A stretch of DNA of 63,750 nt, filler included, from Folioceros fuciformis (Eukaryota): assembly GCA_049999805.1 (NCBI GenBank). It is 8 parts of 8 records of this genome, joined end to end, with 100 filler letters (N's around TTAATTAATTAA, not from the genome) between each part and the next. Parts side by side here need not be neighbours in the genome. Positions count along the whole stretch, not along the records: positions 24,329 to 38,261 come from JBNGIO010002113.1; 7 more parts are not named here. The stretch is one strand, 5' to 3'. A program made the position numbers and the translations under genes. Shown in pieces: positions 27,301 to 38,361 of this stretch. Numbering within the stretch: the first letter of the stretch is position 1; each line of letters opens with the position of its first letter. A model generated the notes under the pieces. That model ran no database searches. It was not told where the DNA came from and was given only the letters and a program-made list of their open reading frames with translations.

Positions 27301-29943
27301 TAATTTGCTCCTGTAGTTGTTGCATTTGAACCCTGGTAACAGTAGCATGCTCCAAAGCTTCACGCAGCTGCTTCTCCAAATCATGTTTCCCATGCTCAAG
27401 ATGCGCAATCTTCGCCTCCATTTCTGCTGTGCTACCGGCATGCTGGTCAAGTTGTTCTGAACTCCGCCTTCTCTCTTCCCATAAATGGTTTTCCAATTGA
27501 GCTCTTACACCTTCGAGCTCCTCAATCTTGCCCTCCAATTCTGCACGTCTTGAAGCTTGAAGATCATGTCGATCGAGAAAATCTTTTATCTGATCTTCAG
27601 ACCGCCCAATTCTGTCAAGAAGCCTTTCCAATTCCCCTCTGCCAGATGATGTATGATAACCACCGCTCTCCGACGAAGTTGTCGTTTTCTCTAATCGCTC
27701 ACGCAATTCCTCCATTTCAAGCCGACTGAGATTGCCCGCTTCCAGCAGTCTAGTCTCTGCTTCAGAGCGATGAGCTTCAGAGTGGGCAATCTTTGCTTCC
27801 GCTTCTTGCATCGCACTCGTGTGCTGATGCAACAGGTCAGTGAGATCACTGTTTTTCCTTCTCTCTTCTGACAGTTGGTTTTCCAATTGCATCCTCAACA
27901 TCTCAAGGCCCTCGATCCTAGAGTTGTATTCCTGTAGTTTTGCACCAGGAACCACATGCTCTTGTAAGTAGTCTCTGAGTTGATCCTCTGACCTCCCAAT
28001 TCGGTTGATCAGCTTCTCCATTTCAGCAGTTCCAAGCTTTTGCACATTGTTCTTCGTCTCCATTTCCTTTTCAGCCAGTTGTCTTCGTAGTTCATCTATC
28101 TGAGACCGACTGTGCATACCATCCTGCATAGCCTCCTGTAGCTGCCTCTCCATATCACCCTTTCCAAGTTCAAGTTCCATGATCTTGGCTTTCATCTCCT
28201 CTCTAGTTATGGAGTGAAGGGTTACCTGATCAAAAAGATTTGTCTTACCTCTTTGTTCTTCCAGCAACTGCTTCTCTAATTGAGCCTTTAACATTTCAAG
28301 CCCATCAATCTTCGACTCCAACTCAGCTCTCTTTGCTGTCTGCAGATTATGGTGGTCTAGAAAATCTTTGATTTGGTCCTCCGATCTGCCAATCTTGTCA
28401 AGCAGACTCTCCAGCTCTTTGCTGCCAGGCAATTGGCTTCGATGTTCTGCTTCATGTCTGACACGCTCGGCCAGTTGGTCACGCAGTTCCTGCATTTGGA
28501 ATGAGGTCATCCTGGCTTCGTCTTCAGCACCCTGCAATTGCCTCTCCAGCTCAGTCCTCCCAAGCTCGAGACGCATGATTTTATCTTCCATGTCCCTTAC
28601 TGATGCATTATGAATGTCCTGTTGGGCTTCGTTAGCCTCTCGAAGCTGGGACTCTGCAACCCGGAGCTGCTCTTCCAAAGCTGCATTTTTGCCTTCAAGA
28701 TCACGGATAACAGACTGAAGACGTTCGACCAGCCTCTTCTGTGACAGAAACTCCGCCTCCATGGAGCTCCCGGGCTCTGCTGCAACGGTAGCTTTTTCAC
28801 TGAGCATGCTCGGCTCACCGCTTGTAGACGGTGCCTGTATGAGCCAGGTATTTCGATTGCCGAGCACAGCCGAAACAACAAACATCAAACAATGTAACGA
28901 GAAGTTGACTACTCAGGGTTACCATATCTGCATCAGGCTGAGCCTCAGCCTCAGCTGCAGGGTTGACATCACTCTCTGCCGGTTCTGGAAGTGGAAAGCC
29001 GTAAGCTGGCCAGCTGCTGCAAAAGCCAAAAACAAGTTCTCAGAACACCAGAGTTTGGTCAGGGTATGTTCCTTCAACATCACAGACCTGGGGCATCCCC
29101 CGTTTCGACAAGCCAGGCCCGACACAACAGTTTCCGAAGTACCTGAAGCCTGGCCTCGGGGTGATACACTGAACAACAACCTGTTCATCATCCAGCAACG
29201 GGGAGGATTAAGATCAGCACATGCTTATGAGCCGTGTTTAACAGAATGCAAAGCACTCGGCAAAGGTCCAGCAACACATATAGGAGCTTTGCACACATGC
29301 AAGGTGGTGCCTGCGTCGTTTTCCTTTAGCATCAAGCTGATATGAGCTTCACTATTAGAGCTTGCCAACAACGCAACATCTAGCGTCGCCTCTCCCAGAA
29401 TGTGAGTACGAGTGGAACCCTGTCTCAACCACAACCGGAAAAAATGTGGGAAACCTTCTCAAAACTGTAGCAATTGGAAGACATGAGCTACAGTTGATGC
29501 CGGTTTGAACCTTGGATACAATAAACTTGTAAATCTTTGGTTGATATGACTCCCCATCCGCACCCATGGTTAACTTGGCGGTCTTGATGACAGAGTCCGG
29601 CCACGAGCACTGCCCGTCTTTCACAACCGCCTTGGAAGTTTTGATGCTTGCCTTTCCAGTGGCAGAGGACACCATGGAAATAACCAGTTTCTCCCATCCA
29701 CTGGGCACCTGGACAGGAGCAGAATGCACACTGTGGTCAAATCCTGGGAAATGTCATCCGACAGAGCCATGCGTTCCTGGGCTTGGCACCATTCGAGAGC
29801 AACTTACCAATGAGACAGACCGTGTAACTCGGAAGCAGACTCCGGAGTGAAACGGAAAAAGAAACCTGTGTTACGCGAAATCGAAATTTGAAGTCGATCT
29901 TCTCTTTCTTCCTTCGCTTGGGTTCCTCTGAAGTGGACTCCAT
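24329..29943 (-). CDS. NT-C2 (EEIG1/EHBP1-type) domain protein with a very long repetitive coiled coil; 3' truncated
   Basis: Five small 5' exons give KKEKIDFKFRFRVTQ|VPSGWEKLVISMVS...KTSKAVVKDGQCSWPD...KIYKFIVSK|GSTRTHILGEATLD...GTTLH|VVVQCITP (plant NT-C2), followed by one uninterrupted exon from 28834 to at least 24329. Confidence 0.9.
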
Positions 29944-30011
29944 GGTTTCCAAGCATTCGTGGATAGCGTACTAGCCGACAATGAGGATGTTGACTGAAAG
30001 CGTATGAACCT

Positions 30012-30282
30012 CCTGACGTGTTGGAATCCAGTCAACCAATATCAGTCCATAATGTGAACCTGAAGGAGAGTGGCAAAAACAAGATACCCTGCACTCTGAA
30101 CATGTCCTCTGCCGCTGCCACTCTCTCACAGCATTTGTGCTAGCCGGCTTGGAACAGGAAGAAGCAGTCACTCAATTCGTATGATTCCTCTGACGCCTTT
30201 GGGTCAACCAACATCAGTCCAAAATGTGAACCTGAAGGAAAGTGACAAAAAAAAGGTACCCAGCAATTTGACCATGTCCTCT
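30012..30282. repeat. Degenerate direct duplication (about 95 bp) upstream of the NT-C2 gene
   Basis: gtcaaccaatatcagtccataatgtgaacctgaaggagagtggcaaaaa versus gtcaaccaacatcagtccaaaatgtgaacctgaaggaaagtgacaaaaa; copies at about 30012-30110 and 30189-30282. Confidence 0.8.
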
Positions 30283-31949
30283 ACTTCGTGACGGCCCTCG
30301 CAAAACACCTGAAAATAAACGGTCGGATGCTCAACAGCGGTGCCTCACTCCTGCAATATGCATGCTCGTGTGGCCATTCCTAGTCAAAGCTGCATGTCAC
30401 CAAGGGGCACTCATTGTTTGTTTGCTGGTTCCTATGGAGGAAGGACCAGATAAGATGACCAAACGCCTTCCCTCATTGTTTCTTGCTGCAAGAACAAGTG
30501 TAACCATGCTGCAACTTGGGATGCACAACCAATCCCATTTTCTCAGTGTGCTGACCGGCAGCAGACCAAGCCTGTCCTTTCTGCTGTTCACAACCATAAT
30601 GCTACCAAGCTTGTTGCATTGATATTCAGGCTCCTAGTAGCGCAATTTGCAGAGTTCAGTCCACGTACGCGTCACGAGCTGGGCAGAAATCCATCCATTC
30701 ACAAAGTGCAGTTTCCAGTCTCTCCAACCGAATCGAATATGTCCATCCATGCGGGATACTATCCGACGGCGATGCTGTGAGCCGATTTCGGCATTCAAAC
30801 CAGAATGAAGCGGAACAGTGCCCCAATCTGACCTAACCCATCGTATAGTAGCGATTATGCTCGGAGACTGTGATCGCTCTGGATGAATATGAACTCCACT
30901 GATTCGACAAGAACGAGAGAGCATACAGGTGCTGGTGGCCGAGATTGGGACGAACAACCCCGGCAGAGAAAGGATGTGCCGTTAGCCAGAGTTATAAACC
31001 CTGTAGCGCGAGAATGTGTCAAAATGTACGCGGAGCTAAACCATGCTATAACTTCTGGTGCCAGCTGCAAAAGTCCGAGCAATGCCGTCACAAGCGGCAG
31101 TGACGGTAATTCCCAACCATCCTGAGGAAGAAAATGTGCCGCTCAGAAGCCACAAGGTGCTGGAACATTGCGGGCAGTTGTTCCATATCAGAGAGACAAG
31201 AAGCTCGGACCTGGTTGGTGGTCTGGACTCGAGATCCTCGCCGGGTGTGACAGCTGAATGCCGAGGGAAAAATCACCAGCAATTCGCGGATGACAATTTC
31301 AAGAATTGCGTTTCTTCGGTGTTGCTTTATCTTCTTCCGCTGATCCACAAGAGCCGCAAGTGTAATTTCAATTCCCTCGCAGCCGCGTCGCCGTCCCAAC
31401 AGCTCTGGACTGCCTAGAATCAAACGACGGACAAGACACACCGAAAGAAGCAAATGTCAGCCCCCGCGCTGCACATTCAACGGCGTCCTTCCTTGGACAT
31501 ACCCAAGATCCCAAGGACTTGGAAGGGAGACACGAGGGGGTAAAGTGACGTGAGACCGATAGGGGGCAAGTGAAGAGGATGATGAAGAGTTGGGGAAAGA
31601 GGAGGCTCCGAGATTGGAGGGGACGATGACCAGGTGTGCTGACATGTCGACAGGAGCGATTGAGCGAAGAAATGGCGACGACGCCCTATTCTTTCAGGAC
31701 AACGTTGCGAGCCAACGGCAACAGGCAGAACGCTTCGCCGGCAGTTCTTTACTTCACCCCTCCTCCTTCCAAGTCCTCCAGCTCCCAACTCCACCATGCA
31801 ACAGCTGATGGACGATCACAGTAATGTCTACCACGCAGGACCCTTCCCACCCTTGCAATTCCTCTCCTGTGCTCCGCGGTGATCCGCTTCCGGCCTTGCG
31901 GATTTCCCGGCCGCCGCAGCAAAGGAGCCGGGAACCTGCTCCCCTCTTG

Positions 31950-32370
31950 TCCCACCCTGATTTCATTCCTGCACAGCTTCTGGTAACCTGCAGCAATGTG
32001 CCGCCTTCAGAACACCGCCCGCTCCGTGACCTTCTTCTCCGGTACGCTCACCAGACGCTCGTCCGTCCCTCCTTCCCTAGCAGTGCAGCGCAACGCGTTC
32101 ACAGTGACATCCACCCTACTGCGACGATCCAGCACCAGGCTAAAGAGCCGCTTCTTCTGCACACTAGGCTGTCATGAGCGCCGCGACCTGCGCATTCCAG
32201 GAAGTGACGATACGACCAGGCAATCCGCAGAAAGCCAGAAAATCGCATTCCGGAGCAGAGAGCGTGACGTTCCTGCTCCCACCATCCTCGCTCACTGCGT
32301 TGCCGAATCGGCTATGCCTCCCGCCGTAGAGACCCCGCTCGGCCCTGTTCTTCACGACGTCGGCGGCCAT
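31950..32370 (-). pseudogene. RPL28: Mitochondrial-type ribosomal protein L28 (bL28m) pseudogene
   Basis: RAERGLYGGRHSRFGNAVSEDGG|SRRS*QPSVQKKRLFSLVLDRRSRVDVTVNALRC...AVF*R; in-frame TGA at 32172-32174 and 32007-32009; intron 32188-32272 begins GA instead of GT. Confidence 0.85.
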
Positions 32371-32629
32371 GGCCTTTCAGCGGAAGGCTACGGACACAGC
32401 GAGCCGCACCCGACAGAGTGTCAGACCGTTGTCATGTGAAGCTGCGTGCCGATGTGCCAAGGCCTGGCCTTCAGTTCTTCGTTATTGAAGAGAAGATAAT
32501 TTACACCCACGTTCACAGGAAAGAAACTCTTTGCGATATCGAAGGCCGGTGTGAATGGCGAGATGTCTGTCACTGTGAACTCCCGACGAAGGAATGGCGA
32601 GGTCCTGCACCATGTCTATGAGATATCTC

Positions 32630-33680
32630 TGTGTCCACGTCCCGCTCCCAGTCAGCACTAGCTGTTGCTGCGTTATGCCAGGCTCAGGTCTCGCGCCAGG
32701 CTAAGGAGATGCGTCGGAGGGGACTGTTGCGGACCCAACAAATTGGTGTGTATACAGGGATCCTACGAGAAGCTCCCGCTCACCTCACCTCACCTCTGGA
32801 AGTCAGTTACCGGCGAACAAGCAAGCCTCCAGGGGCAGCAGAGTAAGGAGCCCAGCACTGCCGCTTCCAAAAAATCTGTGGTTTGGGACCAGTTATCCAG
32901 CGATGGTGGTCGCCAGGAGCAGGAGCAGGAGCAGCTGCGGGAACAATTTCGTCTGGACCCTCTCATATGGTGGGGTACAGCAAGGACTCAGCCAAGAGGC
33001 CCTTGATCTGTATGGACGAATGGAGGAGGAGGGCGTGCACGCGACTGACCATATAACTTTCGTCTGCCTTCGCAAGGCGTGTGCAAGCACTAGTTGAGGT
33101 CTTTGTTAAACGCTTGCAAAAGTCACGGGAACAGAGAGAGCCAAGAGGTGTTTCGAAAGCATTGTCACACTGGACCCTCACCGGGCTTCTGCCTATGTGA
33201 TCATGGCCAATGCCTACTAAGATGCGGGCACGTGGAGCGATGTAGACAAGATCGAAACAATGAGAATGCTGGCAGGAGCTGACATGAAACCTGCAGCGGC
33301 GACCATTGAGGTGAACAAGCAGGTACACAGATTCGTGGTAGGAGAAAGAAGGCAGGATATTGCACGGAAGTTAGACAAATGCACGCCTAAAGCAGGAAGG
33401 CGGCCACGTACCTCACACGAAGTTGGTGTTGAAGCCAGTGTGTGAGAAGGGAAAGGAAGATCTGCTTCGTGGACACGCTGAGAAACCAGCTCTGGCGTTT
33501 GGCCTCTTGCACACTCCGAGTTGGGCACCGCTAGTGGTGACGAAGAATCTCCGCATGTGCAGTGACTGCCACTGTTCCACTGAGATCATGTCAAGGCTTG
33601 AACGTAGAGACATTTTTGTGAGGGATGGGTACGGCGAGCACCGTTTTGCAGCTGGCTGCTGCAGCTGCAAGAGTCGGTGA
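32630..33680 (+). pseudogene. PLS-class PPR protein with E1/E2 and DYW:KP deaminase domain, disrupted
   Basis: P motif (QGLSQEALDLYGRMEEEGV..DHITFVCL.KAC), E1 (RSLLNACKSHGN), E2 with in-frame TAA at 33218-33220, KPAAATIEVNKQVHRFVVGE, frameshift near 33375, then GHVPHTKLVLKP...GHAEK...KNLRMCSDCH...GCCSCKSR*. The 5' boundary is approximate. Confidence 0.9.
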
Positions 33681-33776
33681 GAGTAGAGGAGGCCTACCCT
33701 CAGGGGCTCAAGTGTGTACGTACTGTCTATGTTCGAAAAAGTCGCTTGTTGAACAATCTGGACCTTCGCGCCCTTA

Positions 33777-33890
33777 CTTCGGGAATGTAAAAAGTACATG
33801 CTTCAGGAATGTAAAACGTACATCCTTCAGGGATGTAAAAAGTACATGCGTCAGTAGTTGCGCTTACTTCACGGATGTAAAAAGTAGAAG
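33777..33890. repeat. 24-bp tandem repeat (three adjacent copies plus a fourth) next to the tRNA-Pro 3' end
   Basis: cttcgggaatgtaaaaagtacatg / cttcaggaatgtaaaacgtacatc / cttcagggatgtaaaaagtacatg, then cttcacggatgtaaaaagtagaag at 33867-33890. Confidence 0.9.
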
Positions 33891-33911
33891 CGTGAGTAAC
33901 GGCTCAGCAAA

Positions 33912-33983
33912 GGGGCATTGCGAGAATCGAACTCGCGACCTCTTGCACCCTAAGCAAGAATCATACCACTAGACCAAATGCCC
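33912..33983 (-). tRNA. trnP-AGG: tRNA-Pro(AGG)
   Basis: Reverse complement GGGCATTTGGTCTAGTGGTATGATTCTTGCTTAGGGTGCAAGAGGTCGCGAGTTCGATTCTCGCAATGCCCC folds into a full cloverleaf with A and B boxes. Confidence 0.96.
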
Positions 33984-34176
33984 TCACACAACAACGTAAG
34001 TCTATAAAATTTATTAAAACATATTATAATATTAAATAATTGTTTTAAAATACAAATTCAGTAGAAGCTGCCTTGTAGGAGTGGGTAGCCGCAAGTTCCA
34101 TTTATAGCATGAATCTCTATGAGAATTGAAGTTGCAACAAAATAAAGTATAACAAAATAAGTGCCATGAATCACAA

Positions 34177-34282
34177 GATTGAGTAAGTGCCACATCCTTT
34201 GTGTTTTTCCCGTTGGACCTTATGATTTTGAGTAAGTACTAGATTCCTTGTGTTTGCAGTTGAACCTTATGATTTTGAGTTA
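34177..34282. repeat. Imperfect tandem duplication, unit about 50 bp
   Basis: ttgagtaagt...tgtgttt...gttg(g/a)accttatgattttgagt occurs twice. Confidence 0.7.
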
Positions 34283-35008
34283 CAACGCATGTATCAATAG
34301 TGACTTACAAGTGCACAGGTATACAATGTGTTAGATAGACTTTAGAGAGATCTTCCCTCCAGGCTCAGCATTTCAGAACCCCTATGCACGGATCCCTGCT
34401 TCACCTTGCTGGGAAGGCTTGCTCACCCAAGGCATTTCTGTAGTAGTTGTGAAAACAACACTCAGACCAGGTTACGTGATTTGTTTGAAATTACTTAAAG
34501 TTGAGCAATGGCTGCACGGGCCATACAGGGCCCCGGCCCGGCCTTCAGCACCTCCCCACCCACCCACCAGGAAAGTTCCGAACGTTGCTAGCCTTGAAGC
34601 ATTCTCCAGGCAACAGCACAAGGCTTGGGTTGTAACCGATGGAGGGGAACCAAGTACGACGAGATCGATATGAAAAGTTGCCACAATGGTAGCTATCTTT
34701 CAAGAGTTCGGGTGGTTTGATCCCGCATCCACCTTTGAGACTGGCAATGATGAACAGGCCAAGGGAAATGCACACCGGAACACGTCCCCTGCACGGTAGT
34801 GGCAAGTAGCAGGAAGAACCTGAGCGAAGGGTGCAGAGTTGCGGAAAGTAGAGGCTCCGAGATTGAGGGGCCCAGGAAGGATGATGCGTTTGTGGAGTGC
34901 AGCGCTTGGAGGATGACATGTCGGCAGTACCCTAATCTGCGGGCCAAATTGGCGACGGAACAAGCAAAGGCAGTGGGCTGATCGAGAGGTGCAGCCTGCA
35001 GCACTACG

Positions 35009-36888
35009 ATGGCTGCATTCAGGATTGCCTCGTCTGTTGCCCACCTTCCTACTCTCCAGCCCTCCACGTCCAGAGGCTCCGTCCCTCTGGGCGGACGCAC
35101 GAGGGTTCAGATCAGACATGCCACAGCGGATGGTGACCGCCAGGCAGAGCCCTCTACGGTCTGTGCACTTGACTGCCAGCTTCTCCGACCTCTAATGCTT
35201 CCTGCTGCTGTGAAGCGATTCCCACTGACTGCTTGCTTGCCTCCGCCGTCTTGGTGCAGAGCTCCACGGCCACCGCAGCCGATGTCGAGAAGGAAGACTT
35301 GGCTGCAAAGGTGCGCTGTCCTTGCGTGAATATCCCGATGCGTAGCATCAGCAGGACAAGCATGCAAATTTGTTGGGCTGTAGTGGCTGTACTGAATACA
35401 TGGGCTTTGCAGCTCAATGCGCCGGGTCAGGGAAGGAAGACTCGGAATTCACTGTGCTTTTCCAGTTGGCAGCTGCAGAGGCAGAGGCCGAGGCATTGCG
35501 GAAAGAGCTGGCAGCCAGGAGGGGCGGCAATGCATCGGCCGATCTCTCCAAGTTGAAACCCGCTGCTCCAGAGAAGCGCATCGACGGGACTGGGTACAGG
35601 GAGACTCTCTTCTCCGGGCCGGGCACAGCAGCAACTGGTACGTGGTCATCTTCTGCAAATGCTTGATACGCTGTCCATGACGACGGCGTGTCTGAATGGG
35701 AATGGGTGAGGAGTGGCGCACCAGGATCAACCGAGCAACAGAGCAAGAAATGGGGGCTGTCAGAGGCTGAGTTGTTCCTGTCCAAAGGTGCTCCTACGGA
35801 AGGGACGGGTCTGGCTATTCCAGCCATGGACGAGGGTTCCGATGACCTTGTGAGGCGACGGCTCATTATCGGGGTCGGAGTCACTGGTGTTGCCGGAGCC
35901 TTGGCCTTCGTACGTAGCTCCATCCTCGAAGATTGCATTGCATCGCATCGCATTGTCGCCTTGTCTGAATTCGTGACGAGACCTTCCCATGTCAGGTGAA
36001 ATTTCCCAGAGGGAGGCCTCCCAAGCCGTTGTTCTTCTACTTGATTTCCATTATCAGGCTCGGCGAACAGTTGCAGCTCATCGAAGACTCATCATCAGGT
36101 ACAGGATCAGCACCTGGAGCTGTTCCTACGACACGAAACCCTGATGCCGACTTCCTCTCCGTCATAGATTTATCCACACTTTCGTTTTGTGTCAAGATGC
36201 GGGATCTGTCCGAGCGCAGCTAAGGAGGGCATATGGATCACCAGATTCCGTAAAAGATGACTTCCTCAGGTTCACCTAGTCCACCAACAAGAGAGCTTTC
36301 TTGCATGCTTTCACTGCCAAGTCATATGGGTTGTTCACCTTCTGTTTGGGTTCCAACAGTGTGGTGGCGTTTCTCGAAGGAGCAGATGCAGATCGAGCCA
36401 GTCAGCTGGCATACGCCATTTTCGAGTATTTAGACCAGGTACGTTTGTTCTGGAGATCCATGATTGGTGACGACCTGTCGATCATTGCTGAAACGTTGGA
36501 TGTGTGGGCCGGGTGACAGGCTGATTACAGTAAGTACTTCGAAAATCTAGGGGAACCCACAAGCACTCAGCAGTAAGTACAGCCCGGACTATCCGCCTTG
36601 GACTCTTATCTTCTTTGCAAGGATCGGCTTGTTGTTGACTGTTCACCCCAACTCATGTCCTGATGGTGTGTGTGTGCAGGGTGGAATTCCTGCAATTCAG
36701 CTTGCAGTCCATCAAGGTAATGGCATGATCTTCTCCAGCTGTTGTGCTCCTGAAATATGACAAAACGTTGAACACCGATGCTTACTCTGCGATGAAACGC
36801 GCAGGCTGCGCGAGAAAGAATAGACGAGTTTGTGCGACTAGCCCCCTCGGAGTCACTAGAAGCGGCTTTATTGCAGGCGAAGGAATGA
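35009..36888 (+). CDS. Uncharacterised putative plastid (thylakoid) single-pass membrane protein; 10 exons, about 330 aa
   Basis: GT-AG exons 35009-35158, 35260-35310, 35466-35637, 35725-35909, 35996-36098, 36197-36269, 36360-36438, 36520-36572, 36680-36716 and 36805-36888 splice in frame. Ser/Ala/Arg-rich transit-like N-terminus, RRRLIIGVGVTGVAGALAF helix, helical C-terminal domain. Confidence 0.75.
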
Positions 36889-37032
36889 TGAGCATCCAAG
36901 CATCCGAGCCCCACTGCTGGGAGTCCCTGCTTATCACAGAGCAACTTATTAGGTCTACTATGTCTGACAGGCTTCTCTAGTTACACAAGCTTCCTCCGCC
37001 AAATATCCGTATGCGTCTTCCCCAAACACCTC

Positions 37033-37674
37033 TCAAGTCACTCTCTCCAGATCGTGACGCTTGTGCCACTTCTCGATGCTTTCGTCCGGATACAGTGGGA
37101 ACTTCTTGTCCCCAGGCTTCACCTCTGGCTCCACCCAACTTGCTTTGAACTTAAGCATGATATGAGTGGTCTCCGGAGGAACAGGGAGGTCCGTGTCTAC
37201 TGCCGAGGCATGTGGATGCACTAACTCCGGCCACCTTGAATCGTAAAGCCACAGCTGACAACCGCATTTCTTACAAAACTTGCGTTCCGCAGAGCTCACC
37301 TGCGCGATTCACCAGAAGGGTCAAGAAAACCCAGAGTACAATCCCCACATGCTGTGCAGGCACAAAGTACCTCGGGAGGATCGGCAGAGGAAAGGATCGC
37401 GTTGTAACTTGTGATATTTTCCTCCCCTTCGATCTTCAGGGTAGCGCAGTCAGCAGCTAGGTTGATAGCGTAACCACCCGATCCCGCGGTCTTCCGGCAT
37501 ATTCCGCAGTAGCATCGCTAGATAGAGGCAATATGACGGATGACAATCCTTCCAAAGGCCCCAGCAAGTGAGGAATGAGAGCCAAAGGTGAGGGCGAACC
37601 TGGTAAGGATATGGGTGTTTGGATTTGCACCGAAATTTTACACCACCGCAGTGGCAAGACCCGTTGAGCTCCAT
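37033..37674 (-). CDS. GFA/CENP-V (Mss4-like, Zn-binding) family protein; exons 37674-37600, 37517-37371, 37299-37033
   Basis: GSCHCGGVKF...PYQ|RCYCGICRKTAGSGGYAINL...|RKFCKKCGCQLWLYDSRWPELVHPHASAVD...YPDESIEKWH; splices in frame to 162 aa. Confidence 0.9.
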
Positions 37675-38045
37675 GTTCGCGTCAGGGGAAGCTGAAGCAG
37701 CGTTCTTTCAAAGGAGAACAAGCAGCGCCGAGGTTGCTAAAGTCACAGCAACTTCAGCCTCGTAGGAAGCAATGCTTCTTAAAGCCGAGACAGACACAAA
37801 GAGAGAAGCTAGACCTGGCACGTAAACTGATTTGCACGCGAGGGTTACAGAGGAAGTGTGCAAATGAGCTACACTTCACGACAACAGGAAATAATCTGGC
37901 CCAATATGCGTAGGACGGATTACAAGTGACCGGCGCGTGGCTGCTGTGTCACTGGCAGTCTCCATCCCACGTGAACAGCTCACAGTGGAGCAGCAACAGC
38001 GGAAGACAGAAGACAAAAAACTGCGTGGCACAGGATGAGCGCCAA

Positions 38046-38261
38046 TCACAGCTGCGGAAGCTTGCCTGACAGGAATATGGCAAACTTGGACACCGTTGAC
38101 AAAGAGTGAGCGATGCCGTGGCTGCGGAGGAAATCCTGCAGCAGCTCTCGGATGCGCTCTGGTTCCGTTGTCTCCACTTCGATCTCGTAGTTGGTGCCGA
38201 AGTCGAAATGTGTTTCATCCAACTCGATCCGGTGTCCTTCCCACTTATAAACGTTCCTCAC
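38046..38261 (-). CDS. TTM3: Triphosphate tunnel metalloenzyme 3 (CYTH domain), C-terminal part only
   Basis: VRNVYKWEGHRIELDETHFDFGTNYEIEVET...SKFAIFLSGKLP; cut by a spacer. Confidence 0.88.
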   Translation of the reverse strand: MRNVYKWEGHRIELDETHFDFGTNYEIEVETTEPERIRELLQDFLRSHGIAHSLSTVSKFAIFLSGKLPQL

Positions 38262-38361
38262 NNNNNNNNNNNNNNNNNNNNNNNNNNNNNNNNNNNNNNN
38301 NNNNNTTAATTAATTAANNNNNNNNNNNNNNNNNNNNNNNNNNNNNNNNNNNNNNNNNNNN

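Noticed and set aside
33777-33890. CRISPR-like appearance of short repeats (also 40773-40902 and 46835-46883)
   Set aside because: Head-to-tail units without unique spacers, no cas genes, eukaryotic context.
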